DNA from: an uncultured Actinomycetota bacterium
GTDB lineage: Bacteria; Actinomycetota; Actinomycetes; Propionibacteriales; Nocardioidaceae
Reading direction: 5' to 3'
Assembly (NCBI GenBank): GCA_963754155.1
Contig: CAVWEU010000002.1
Location: 3,212-67,211, forward strand
Length of the DNA: 64,000 nt
Shown: positions 30,113 through 41,504 of the stretch, piece by piece
Layout of the letters: each line of letters opens with the position of its first letter
How positions within the stretch are numbered: the stretch's first letter is position 1
Position numbers and translations under genes: made by a program
Notes under the pieces: generated by a model
Database searches by the model: none
What the model was told of the DNA's origin: nothing
The model's input: only the letters and a program-made list of their open reading frames with translations

Positions 30113-31192
30113 TTAGCCCGCCGGTGGGGAGAAGGTGTCGGTGACCGCCTGCCACACGACCTCGCCGCGGTCGTGGCCGCCGAGCCCCCGGGTGAGGAAC
30201 GCGGCTCCGTAGCGGCCGGTGCGGTCGGCCCACGCGGCGCAGCCGCCCGCCCCTCCCATGCCGAGCTCGACCCGTCCCGCCTCGGCCTCCACCTGGAACC
30301 CCAAGCGTCCAGGTGACCCGCCGGTCGAGGACCAGGTCGTGCCCGCTGGCCGCGGGCTCGACGTACGCACGCCACAGCTCGTGGCCGAGGCGACCGGCCA
30401 CCTGACCCTCGGGATCGACCACGTCGTCGTAGAAGGTGGCCAGCGCCAGCGCGGTGCCGTGCAGCGCCACGGCGGGGAAGGGCGTACGCCGGAAGCGCTC
30501 GGAGTTCAGCACGTCCGCCTCGAGCAGCCCCGGTGGCCGGCCCAGGCAGGGCCCCACCGGGGGTCCGCGAGATAGCCGGACCGCCACGTCCCCGTCGGCT
30601 CCACGAGGGTGGCCACGCGCGGCAGGTCGTGGCCCTCGACGCGGAGGTGCAGGTCCCACCCCGCGGCGCCGGCGATCCCGGCGAACCTCTCGGCCAGCGG
30701 TTCGCCGGTGGCTCGGCGCAGCACCTCGTCGAGCAGGTGGCCGTAGGTCAGGGCGTGCTCGGCGACCCCGGCGCCCGGCGGGTGGACCGGGGCCGCGCCG
30801 GCGAGGAGGTCGACGAGCGACTCGCGGTCGTCGTACTCCACCGCCCGCGCAGCCTCGGGGAACGACGGCAGTCCGGCCTGGTGGCAGAGGAGGTGCCGGA
30901 CCGTCGTGTGCTGCTTGCCGGACCGGCCGAAGCCGGGCCACACCGCGGCAACCGGCTGGTCGAGGCTCAGCGCACCCTCGGCCACCGCGTCGAGGACGGC
31001 CAGGGCCGCGAACGGCTTCGCGACCGAGAACGTCATGACCAGGGTGTCCGACGTCCAGGGGGAGGCCCCGTCCCGGGTGCCGGCGGAGTGGTCGACCTCG
31101 ACGACCCCGCCGCGGACCACTGCCACCGCGCCACCGGGCTCACGGCCCGATGCGACGAGCCCGTCGAGCACCTCGGCAGGATGAGCAGCCAC
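30113..31192 (-). pseudogene. Serine hydrolase / beta-lactamase-family gene with two frameshifts
   Basis: The SxxK motif SVAKPF is in ORF 30506..31192. The sequence continues in a second frame (LGRPPGLLEADVLNSERFRRTPFPAVALHGTALALATFY...) and a third (FQVEAEAGRVELGMGGAGGCAAWAD...SPPAG*). The shifts lie near 30540-30552 (1 nt missing) and at the CCCC run 30299-30302 (1 nt extra). Confidence 0.8.
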
Positions 31193-31198
31193 GGCGCC

Positions 31199-31507
31199 CT
31201 ACGCTACTCGCCCGAGTGCTGCGAGCTGGGCGACGAGGACCACGGCCCCGAGGACGCGCCGGAACGGGCTCGCCCCGCGCACGACCTCGTCGAGCGCCCA
31301 CACGAGCAGGGCGCCGTCGCGGACGCCGTCGACGGCGGCAGCGCGCGCGTCCGACAGCTCGAACCGCCCGAGCACCGCGCCCACCCCCCAGACCCACAGC
31401 GCCGGGTTCGGCAGCTGCCCGACTGCCAGGTGTCCGTCGGCGTCCCGGAACCACCAGGAGCCGGAGGTCAGGCGGTCGGAGAGCGGGCGGCGCGCCGGGG
31501 AAGTCAC
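31199..31507 (-). CDS. Small membrane protein, hypothetical
   Basis: GTG 31507 with TACCGT 6 nt upstream. VTSPARRPLSDRLTSGSWWFRDADGHLAVGQLPNPALWVWG..., 102 aa. Confidence 0.55.
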   Translation of the reverse strand: MTSPARRPLSDRLTSGSWWFRDADGHLAVGQLPNPALWVWGVGAVLGRFELSDARAAAVDGVRDGALLVWALDEVVRGASPFRRVLGAVVLVAQLAALGRVA

Positions 31508-31513
31508 GTCGCG

Positions 31514-31519
31514 ACGGTA
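31514..31519 (-). promoter_or_regulatory. -10-like hexamer TACCGT, 6 nt before GTG 31507
   Basis: TANNNT-N6-start pattern. Confidence 0.4.
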
Positions 31520-31584
31520 CCCATCCGCGACCCAGCCGCGGCGTTCCGGTGGACGGTGCCGCCGCCGGCATGCACAATCCGACC

Positions 31585-32839
31585 ATGACAGACAAAGCGC
31601 CGCGGCGCAGGGGTCGGGGCCGCGTGCGACTGGTCGTGGGCGGAGTTTCGGCCCTGACCGCGCTGCTCGGCGGCGCCGCGGTCTCGGGGGCGGCGACGGC
31701 GCAGGACCGCGACGCACGGGAGCCCGTGCACAGCTCCGACGGGGTGCAGGGCCCGTTGGCCTCCCAGCTGCCAGGTGCGCTGCGGAGGTCGACCACGTCC
31801 ACCGTGGTCGAGAGCTACCGCGTGGTGCCCGGGCTGCGCTACCGGCACTGGGTGCGGACCGACGGCCGCGGCGCCGTGCATGCACACCTCCTCCGCGCGA
31901 ACCTCGCCAAGCCGAGGCTCTCGCTGGAGTACGCCGGTCCCGGCCACGTGGCCGAGCGGGCCCCGCTGAGCACGCTGCTGGGCGCCGACGGCGCGGTGGC
32001 CGGTGTGAACGCCGACTTCTTCGACATCGCCGACACCGGAGCCCCGCTCGGGGTCGGGGTCGACGACGGCCGGGTGCTGCACGGGCCTCGGAGCGGGTGG
32101 ACGACGGGCTTCAGCCTGACCGGTGGCTCGGAGGCGCGGATCGGTGCCGTGCCGGTCCGGGCGGCGGCGGTCGTCCGCGGGGCGCGGGTCCGCGTCGCCG
32201 GTGTGAACACCCCTCACCTCCGGATCGACGAGGTCGGGCTCTACACGCCGGCTTTGGGGGCCGGCGCCGGGCTACGCCGTCGCCGACGGAGCGCTGCGCC
32301 GCAACGTGCGGCAGGTCCACATCCGGCGCGGACGGGTGGTCAGCAACACGCGGTCGCTGAGCGCCGGGACCCGGATCCGGGGCCGGCTCCTCATCGGCAG
32401 GGGCGCCGGCGCCAGGCAGCTGGCGAAGCGGCTCCCGGTCGGCCGGCGGGTGGAGCTCACCGTGGCCGCCGCGGGCACGCCGCGGGTCGCCGTCGGAGGC
32501 AGCGAGGTGCTCGTCGCGGGCGGTCAGGTGGTGACCAGCGACGACGGTGCGCTCCACCCCAGGACGGCGGTCGGCGTCGACTCCGACACCGGCAGGGTCC
32601 TGCTGCTCGTGGTGGACGGGCGCTCGGAGGACAGCCGCGGCTTCACCCTCGTGGAGCTGGCCAGGCTGATGGTGGAGCTCGGCGCCGAGGAGGCGCTCAA
32701 CCTCGACGGCGGCGGCTCCTCGACGATGGCCGTCACACCGCCGGGTGGCGGGCTGGCCGTGGCCAACTCGCCCTCGGACGGGCAGGAGCGGTCGGTCCCG
32801 AACGGCCTCGGGCTGGTGTGGTCGCCACCGACCGGCTGA
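31585..32839 (+). pseudogene. Phosphodiester glycosidase (DUF2233/NAGPA-like) family gene with a +1 frameshift
   Basis: The N-terminal part (signal peptide, GVNADFFDIADTGAPLGVGVDDGRVL) is in ORF 31150..32859. The C-terminal part (ALNLDGGGSSTMAV...) is in ORF 32306..32839. They join if one G is removed from the GGGGG run at 32256-32260. Confidence 0.75.
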
Positions 32840-32878
32840 GGCAGCGCGCCCGACCTTAGGTGCGGGCCCGGCTGTCGC

Positions 32879-33028
32879 TCAGCGGCCTGTCGTCGCGTCG
32901 TGGCGCTGCAGCTCCTTCGCGACGGCGACCGCGATGTCATGCACGAGGCGCGAGTGCCAGCGCTCGTGAGCTTCGAGGTCGTCGGTCGTGGCGTGGCAGT
33001 CCGGGCAGTTGCTCGCCGGTTGCTCCAT
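32879..33028 (-). CDS. Small CxxC/His-rich protein (49 aa)
   Basis: MEQPASNCPDCHATTDDLEAHERWHSRLVHDIAVAVAKELQRHDATTGR. SD GGAGGTGAG lies 5 nt upstream of ATG 33028. Confidence 0.45.
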   Translation of the reverse strand: MEQPASNCPDCHATTDDLEAHERWHSRLVHDIAVAVAKELQRHDATTGR

Positions 33029-33120
33029 GTGTCTCACCTCCAGAGGGACTTCCTCCCACCGTGGCACGACCTGGGAGCACAGTCCATGGCTCCGGCCGGG
33101 GCAAGGTCGGTCCGTCGGCG

Positions 33121-34639
33121 TCAGCCGCGGAGCGCGAGCACGGTGGCGAGGGTGTCGGCCTCCTCGGCGGTCTTGTCGTCGCGGTAGCGCAGCACCCGCG
33201 CGAACCGCAGGGCGACGCCGCCGGGGTAGCGGGTCGAGGTCTGCAGCCCGTCGAAGGCGACCTCGACGACCTGCTCGGGACGCACGTGGACCACGTGTCC
33301 GTCCCGGCCGGTCTCGAGCGCGAGGAACCGCTCGGTCTGCCAGGCGAGCATCTCGTCGGTCATCCCCTTGAAGGTCTTGCCGAGCATCGTGAACCCGTCG
33401 CCGTCCCGCGCGGCCAGGTGGATGTTCGACAGCAGCCCCTGCCGGCGACCGCTGCCCCACTCGACCGCGAGCACGACCAGGTCCAGGGTGTGCCGAGGCT
33501 TCACCTTCACCCAGCCCGCTCCCCGCCGTCCGGCCTCGTAGGAGCTCGCCAGCGCCTTGACGACCACCCCCTCGTGGCCGGCGGCGACGCTCTCGTCGAA
33601 GAACCGCTGCGCCGCGACGGGGGAGTCGGTCACCAGCCGCGGCACCTGGAGGTACGGCGGCACCGCCGCCGCCAGGGCGTCGAGCCGCTCCGACCCGGGT
33701 GCGTCGAGCAGGTCCGTGCCGTCGACGTGGAGCAGGTCGAAGAAGAAGACGGTCAGCGGTGTCCGGGAGCGGAGCTCGGCGACCGACTGGGAGCTCCCGG
33801 TGCGGGACGCCGTCTCCTGGAACGGCCGCGGCCGGCCGTCGGGGCGCAGGGCGATCACCTCGCCGTCCAGCACCACGGGGTCGCCGTCGAGCGCCAGAGC
33901 GGCCTCGACCACCTCGGGGAGCCGCTCGGTGACGTCGTCGAGGCTGCGGGTGTAGACGCGCACCTCCGACCCCGACCCGGTGCACCTGCACCCGGATCCC
34001 GTCGAGCTTGCGGTCGACCAGGCAGGGTCCGTCCATGCGCGCGACCGCGGTCGCGACGTCGGGCGCCGACGCGGCGAGCATCGGGCGGACCGGCCGGCCC
34101 GGCACGAGCCCGAACCGGTCCAGCGCGGCGCGGCCACCGTCCAGGGCGGCGCGGGCCACCTCGCCGGACGAGGGGGTGAACATCGCGGCGCGCCGGACGG
34201 CGGTGACCGGCACGCCGGCGGCCCGGGCGATCCCGTCGAGCAGGATCGAGTCCTGGGCGCCCTGGCGCAGGTTCTCGAAGACGAGCGCCCGGAGGAACGG
34301 CTGCTCCTCGGCCGTCGCGCGCCCGAAGAGCGTCCTGACCAGCCCGGCGCGCGTCGTACGCGATCCCGGCCCGGCCACCCGGCTGATCGCCTCGAGCGCG
34401 TCGTCCACCTCGGTGACCGTGAGCGAGGGCGAGTCCGTCGGCGTCGGCAGGTCGGCGAGCCCGCGCCATCCCAGGCCGGTCCGCCGCTGACGAGGGACCC
34501 CGGCGAGGTAGCTCGCGACGACCTCGACCTCCTCCGGCGACGCCTCGCCGAGCAGCCGGGCGACGACCTCGGTCTTCGTGCGGCGGGAGCGGGTCGCGGC
34601 GATCTCCGTCGAGGCCTGGACCAGGGTCGCGAGCAGCAT
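33121..34639 (-). pseudogene. ATP-dependent DNA ligase (LigB-type) with a +1 frameshift
   Basis: Adenylation motif [14 protein letters not shown] is in ORF 32879..34639. The next frame continues ...[20 protein letters not shown]...EGVVVK...WVKVKP... to the stop at 33121. They join if one C is removed from the CCCC run at 33970-33973. 1518+1 nt. Confidence 0.85.
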
Positions 34640-34764
34640 CGGGCCAGTCTGCCGGGTGCTCCCCGACGCCAGGCCCGTCCACGGCCCCGGAACGCGCGCA
34701 CAACGTCTGACAGCTCGCCGTCCGACAGCTCGCCGTCGCCCGGCTGCGGAGGGAGCCGGCGCCG

Positions 34765-34770
34765 TAGGCT
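34765..34770 (+). promoter_or_regulatory. -10-like hexamer TAGGCT, 6 nt before GTG 34777
   Basis: TANNNT-N6-start pattern. Confidence 0.4.
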
Positions 34771-34776
34771 TGCCCC

Positions 34777-35721
34777 GTGCCGGAGACCGCTGCCCTCGAG
34801 CGCACCTGGCGGCCCTCCTGGCCGTGCCCGGTGCCGCAGGTCCTCGGGTCGCTGCGCCGGGGGAGGGGTGACCCGACGTTCCTGCGCGAGCCGGACGGCA
34901 CCGTCTGGAAGGGGTGGCGCACCCCCGCGGGGACGGCCACCGTCGCCGTACGACCGTTGGACCGCGACGGCGACGTGCGGGCGAGCGCCTGGGGCCCCGG
35001 CGCCGACTGGGTCCTCGACGGGCTGCCCGAGCTCCTCGGTGCCGGCGACGACCCGAGCGGGTTCGAGCCCTGCCACGACGTGCTCGCCGAGGCCTGGCGC
35101 CGGCACCCGCACTGGCGGGTGCCGCGCACCCGGCTGGTCATGGACGCCCTGGTGCCGGCGGTCCTGGAGCAGAAGGTGACCGGCGCGGAGGCGTTCACCT
35201 CGTTCCGTCGCCTCGTCACCCGGTACGGCGAGCCGGCGCCGGGCGCCGAGGCCGCTGCGCGGAGGCTCCTGGTGCTGCCCGAGATGGCCACGATCCGGTC
35301 GATCCCCTCGTGGGAGTGGCTCCGGATGCACGTCGACCACTCCCGGTCCAGGACGCTGCTGCGGGCCGCCCAGGTCGCGCCGGCGCTCGAGCGGCTGGTG
35401 ACCGTCTCCACGGCCGAGGCGGACCGGCGGCTGCGCACCCTGCCCGGAATCGGCGTGTGGACCTCCGCGGAGGTGCGGGCACGGGCCCTCGGCGACCCGG
35501 ACGCGGTCAGCTTCGGCGACTACCACGTCGCCAAGGACATCGGCTGGGCGCTCACCGGCCGACCGGTCGACGACGAGCAGCTCGCGGTCCTGCTCGAGCC
35601 GTACGTCGGCCACCGGCTGCGGGTGCAGGTGCTGGTCGGCGCCGCCGGGCTGCGCAGGCCGCGTCGGGGGCCGCGGATGACCTTGCCGACCCACCTGCCG
35701 GAGAGCGTGCGCCGGCGCTAG
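34777..35721 (+). CDS. DNA-3-methyladenine glycosylase II family (HhH-GPD)
   Basis: [38 protein letters not shown], with an AlkA-like N-terminal domain. Confidence 0.8.
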   Translation: MPETAALERTWRPSWPCPVPQVLGSLRRGRGDPTFLREPDGTVWKGWRTPAGTATVAVRPLDRDGDVRASAWGPGADWVLDGLPELLGAGDDPSGFEPCHDVLAEAWRRHPHWRVPRTRLVMDALVPAVLEQKVTGAEAFTSFRRLVTRYGEPAPGAEAAARRLLVLPEMATIRSIPSWEWLRMHVDHSRSRTLLRAAQVAPALERLVTVSTAEADRRLRTLPGIGVWTSAEVRARALGDPDAVSFGDYHVAKDIGWALTGRPVDDEQLAVLLEPYVGHRLRVQVLVGAAGLRRPRRGPRMTLPTHLPESVRRR

Positions 35722-36998
35722 AGGAGCGGGCGCAGCGGGGCGAGGAACAGCTCGACGGCCCGCCGGTGGACCGGGCGCCGGGACCAGGACTCCTCGGTCA
35801 GGCGATCGCAGCTGAGCAGGTCGGTCTCGAAGATGCGCTCCATCTCCGCGGCCATCCCCGGGTCGATGACCTCGACGTTCACCTCGTAGTTGCCGGTCAT
35901 CGAGAGCCGGTCGATGTTCGCGGTCCCCACCGTGCTCCACTGCCCGTCGATGGTGGCGGTCTTCGCGTGCACCATCGCGCCGCGGAACCGGTGGATCCGG
36001 ATGCCGGCCTCGAGCATCTCGCCGTAGTAGCCCTGCGAGAGCCAGTCGGCGACGATGTGGTTGGACTTGCGGGGGAGCAGCAGCCGCACGTCGACCCCGC
36101 GGGCGGCGGCGGCGCACAGGGCGTCGACGAAGTCGGAGTCGGGGATGAAGTAGGCCTGGGTGAGCCAGATGTTGCGGGAGGCCCGGTTGATCGCCTCGAG
36201 GTACATGTTCCGGATCGGGAACATCCACCGCCGGGGCATGTTCCCGTAGACCCGGAGCCGCGGCTCCCACACCGAGGGGGCGTCGAGGAGCAGCGGACTC
36301 TGCTGGCGGCCACGCCGGTGCGTGTTCCAGAAGTCAGCGAACGTGCGTTGAAGGTCGAAGGCCCCCGGGCCGGTGACCCGCACGTGGGTGTCGCGCCACT
36401 CGGTCTCGTAGGCGGTCCCGATGTTGTAGCCGCCGACGAACGCCACCTCGCCGTCGACGACGAGGATCTTGCGGTGGTCGCGGCCGTAGCGGCTGAGGTC
36501 GAAGAAGCGGAGCCCGGCGTTGTAGACCGGGAACCGCAGCACCTTCACCGGCGGCCGGAAGCTGAGGAACCGCGGCGACACGACGAGGTTCGCGAACCCG
36601 TCGTAGACGGCGTACACCTCGACCCCGCGGGCGGCCGCGTCGTACAACGCCTGCTTGAACCGCTCGCCGACCTCGTCGCCCTTCCAGATGTAGGTCTCGA
36701 GGAGGACCTGGTGCTGGGCGGACCCGATCGCGGCGAGCATGTCCTCGTAGAGGTCGCGGCCGAAGGTGTACGTCGTCACCGTGCCCTCGCCGATGGTCAC
36801 CGGCGAGGGGTCGGTCGTCGGGAACGGCTGGGGGCGCTTGCCGCGCCGCCGGTAGGAGTCGACCAGCGTGAGAGCCACCGCCAGCAGCAGCTGCAGCCCG
36901 AAGGTGACGAGGAGGGCCCGCCGCAGCCGGGCGGTCCAGGCCCACGGCAGCGACCCGCGGCGGCTCCTGCCCGCTCCTGGCCACCGTCGTCGCTTCAC
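35718..36998 (-). CDS. cls: Cardiolipin synthase / phospholipase D family
   Basis: Two HKD motifs ([18 protein letters not shown]) and N-terminal TMs. GTG 36998 is chosen because TAGATT lies 7 nt upstream; the longer ORF start would overlap uvrB. Confidence 0.8.
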   Translation of the reverse strand: MKRRRWPGAGRSRRGSLPWAWTARLRRALLVTFGLQLLLAVALTLVDSYRRRGKRPQPFPTTDPSPVTIGEGTVTTYTFGRDLYEDMLAAIGSAQHQVLLETYIWKGDEVGERFKQALYDAAARGVEVYAVYDGFANLVVSPRFLSFRPPVKVLRFPVYNAGLRFFDLSRYGRDHRKILVVDGEVAFVGGYNIGTAYETEWRDTHVRVTGPGAFDLQRTFADFWNTHRRGRQQSPLLLDAPSVWEPRLRVYGNMPRRWMFPIRNMYLEAINRASRNIWLTQAYFIPDSDFVDALCAAAARGVDVRLLLPRKSNHIVADWLSQGYYGEMLEAGIRIHRFRGAMVHAKTATIDGQWSTVGTANIDRLSMTGNYEVNVEVIDPGMAAEMERIFETDLLSCDRLTEESWSRRPVHRRAVELFLAPLRPLL

Positions 36999-37005
36999 GA
37001 GGAGG

Positions 37006-37011
37006 AATCTA
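37006..37011 (-). promoter_or_regulatory. -10-like hexamer TAGATT, 7 nt before GTG 36998
   Basis: TANNNT-N7-start pattern. Confidence 0.4.
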
Positions 37012-37040
37012 TCGGCACCCGGACTGTCGGCGGCGGTGGC

Positions 37041-37046
37041 TACGCT
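37041..37046 (+). promoter_or_regulatory. -10-like hexamer TACGCT, 7 nt before ATG 37054
   Basis: TANNNT-N7-start pattern. Confidence 0.4.
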
Positions 37047-37053
37047 CGACCGC

Positions 37054-39168
<2,115 letters not shown>

Positions 39169-39347
39169 CCCGCGATCCGGGCTCAGGCCCGGCCGCGAGG
39201 AAGATCCGCCCGCACACCGCGCCGCCGAGGCGGTCCGCGACCCCGCGCTCCACCGGCATCAGGCAGCCTCGCAGGCCATCGGCGTCCCCCCGGTCGACCG
39301 CTGCCACGAACGCGAAGAGCACGACTCCGGTGAGCACGAGGGCCGGC

Positions 39348-39373
39348 GGGCCGGCTCCGATCGGAGCCGGCCC
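39348..39373. terminator. Perfect 26-bp GC-rich palindrome between convergent uvrB and the NHL gene
   Basis: GGGCCGGCTCCGATCGGAGCCGGCCC is its own reverse complement. Candidate bidirectional terminator. Confidence 0.45.
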
Positions 39374-39408
39374 TCGACGCTCGTCCGGGTCCTGCGGCGT
39401 CGTGCCGC

Positions 39409-39447
39409 GGTCACCTCAGAGGGTCACCTCAGGGGTTCACCTCAGCT
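39409..39447. repeat. 13-nt tandem repeat x3 spanning the NHL gene stop codon
   Basis: GGTCACCTCAGAG / GGTCACCTCAGGG / GTTCACCTCAGCT. Each copy carries TCA (TGA on the coding strand), and the 13-nt period puts one in each frame. Confidence 0.8.
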
Positions 39448-41299
39448 GGAAGACGGAGACCCGCTCGAGGAGACCGTCGACGACGTACGCCTTGCCGTTG
39501 TTGTCGATGTCGATCCCTCGGGGCTGCATGAACTGGCCGTCGCCCTCACCCTTCGATCCGAACTTGCCCTGGTAGCCGCCGTTGAGGTTGAAGACGCTGA
39601 CCCGACGGTTGTTCGACTCGGTGACGTACAGCCTCCCCTTGTGGATGGCGACGTCGTAGGCGCCCCGGAGCTGGCCGTTGCCGCTGCCGACGCTCCCGAT
39701 CTTCCTGATCAGCTGGCCCGTGGGGCTGTACTTGTAGACCGTGTGCTCGGTCGGAGCGGCGGCGTACACGTTGCCCCGGCCGTCGGTGTCGATCCCGGTG
39801 CACCCCTGGAGCAGCGCCATCGCCGGCGGCGGCGGCGGCGGGCCACCGCACGGAGCGGTCCACAGCAGCCTGCCGGTCGCGTTGAACACCTGGACCCGTC
39901 GGTTGTTGGTGTCGGCGACGTAGATCCGCCCTGCGCTGTCGACGTGGATGCCGCGGGCCAGGTTGGTCTGGCCCTCCTCACGACCCCACGTCAGCAGCGA
40001 CCGCTTGTAGGCGCCGTTGCCGCTGTACACCTTGATGTCGCCCTCGCGGGAGTTCATCACGAAGACCTCGCCCTTGCTGAACGTGATGCCGCGCGGGTAG
40101 TTCATCGCGTTGCCGCCCGCGACGTCGGAGCCCCGGAAGCCCCACACCTTGGTGGCGTTGCCGGCCGGGTCGAACCGCTGCACCCGGTGGTTGTAGGTGT
40201 CGACGACGTAGATCCGCTTGCCGTCGGGGGTGACCGTCACGTCCTGCGGCTGGTTGAACCCGCCGGCCGGGGCCGGAGGTGCCGGGTTGGGCATGAAGTC
40301 GACGTAGCGCCCGTCCGGTTCGTAGACGTTGACCCGGTTGTTGCCGAAGTCGGCGACGTACACGCGGGAGTCCGGGCCGACGGTGATCTCGCGGCCGCCG
40401 TCGCGGAACTGGCCCTCGTCCTCGCCCTCGGAGCCGAAGGCGCGCAGCCACGTCCCGTCGAGCTCGAACTTCTCGACCTGGCTGCTGTAGGCGTCGACGG
40501 CGTACAGCCAGTCGTTCTCGAAGTCGACCGCGAGACCACGCATGTCGCCGGGGAACCGCCCCGCACCGATGCTGCGCAGGTAGGTGCCGTTCGCGTCGAA
40601 GACCTGGATGAGCCCCTTCGTCGCGTCGCCGAGGTAGACCTCGTCGCCCGGGCCGACCGCGAAGCCGCGCTGCAGACCGAGCTGGCCGGGCTCGGACCCG
40701 TTCACGCCCCAGCTGCCGAGGAAGGCTCCCTCCGGCGAGTACTTCAGCACCCGGTGCTGGAACGGGCTGGTCGAGGACGCCACGTTGTGCGAGCTCAGCG
40801 ACAGCAGGGTGCCGTCGGAGAGGACCGCCACGCGGGTCACATAGGGGTACGGCGTGGTGACGCCGTACTGGTAGCTGCCGATGCTGCGCACGAAGTTGCC
40901 CTGCGCGTCCCACTTGTGGATCTTCCACGGCGCGTTCATGTCCGCCATGTAGATGGACCCGTCCGTCGGGTCGACGGCGATGCCGTGCGGTGCCATGTTC
41001 TGCCCCGGGCCGGTGCCGCGCTCGCTGATCGTCTGCAGCAGCCGACCGTCGGTCGAGAAGCGGCGGATGTTGTAGTTCCAGTAGTCGCCGACCAGGATCG
41101 TCCCGTTCTTGGCGGTGGCCATGCCCCAGGCATAGACGCCGGCGTGGCCGGACTGGCCGATCTGCCGCTCGAACGTCGGTGCGGCGATCGCCGCACCGGC
41201 TGGTGCGCTCACGGTGAGCGCGCCTGCGACCAGGGCGAACAGCCCCAGTGCGGCGGTGACGATGGTGCGCGCCGTGGCGCGCGAAGACGTGGGCGCCAT
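39437..41299 (-). CDS. Secreted NHL-repeat protein, about 12 blades (two six-bladed propellers)
   Basis: ATG 41299 follows AAGGGGG. Signal peptide ...SAPAGAA. About 12 repeats of the type G.G.F..P.GIAVD..G.IYVAD..N.RV..F. Confidence 0.8.
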   Translation of the reverse strand: MAPTSSRATARTIVTAALGLFALVAGALTVSAPAGAAIAAPTFERQIGQSGHAGVYAWGMATAKNGTILVGDYWNYNIRRFSTDGRLLQTISERGTGPGQNMAPHGIAVDPTDGSIYMADMNAPWKIHKWDAQGNFVRSIGSYQYGVTTPYPYVTRVAVLSDGTLLSLSSHNVASSTSPFQHRVLKYSPEGAFLGSWGVNGSEPGQLGLQRGFAVGPGDEVYLGDATKGLIQVFDANGTYLRSIGAGRFPGDMRGLAVDFENDWLYAVDAYSSQVEKFELDGTWLRAFGSEGEDEGQFRDGGREITVGPDSRVYVADFGNNRVNVYEPDGRYVDFMPNPAPPAPAGGFNQPQDVTVTPDGKRIYVVDTYNHRVQRFDPAGNATKVWGFRGSDVAGGNAMNYPRGITFSKGEVFVMNSREGDIKVYSGNGAYKRSLLTWGREEGQTNLARGIHVDSAGRIYVADTNNRRVQVFNATGRLLWTAPCGGPPPPPPAMALLQGCTGIDTDGRGNVYAAAPTEHTVYKYSPTGQLIRKIGSVGSGNGQLRGAYDVAIHKGRLYVTESNNRRVSVFNLNGGYQGKFGSKGEGDGQFMQPRGIDIDNNGKAYVVDGLLERVSVFQLR

Positions 41300-41385
41300 G
41301 CCCAACCCCCTTGCGTGTTCCGATGTCCGCCCCCGGCGGAGCGGGTCCCCAAACCCGCTGAGGCACCGTAGCGCACGTTCCAGAG

Positions 41386-41470
41386 GAGTGGCATGGCCTT
41401 TTGGGCCCGATCTGCGGGGGGATTTGGTCTCCTCCCCGCTGGGTGAAACAGTTGGCCTGCTGTGCCACTC
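41386..41470 (+). promoter_or_regulatory. Candidate structured 5' leader of terC (possible divergent yybP-ykoY-like element, unverified)
   Basis: GAGTGGCA (41386-41393) pairs with TGCCACTC (41463-41470), enclosing 2-3 local hairpins (for example GCGGGGGGA...TCCTCCCCGC). AGAGGAGUGG only loosely resembles the GGGGAGUAG core. Confidence 0.2.
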
Positions 41471-41504
41471 GACCCGCGGTGGTCCGACCTGCGTGAGGTA
41501 GCCG

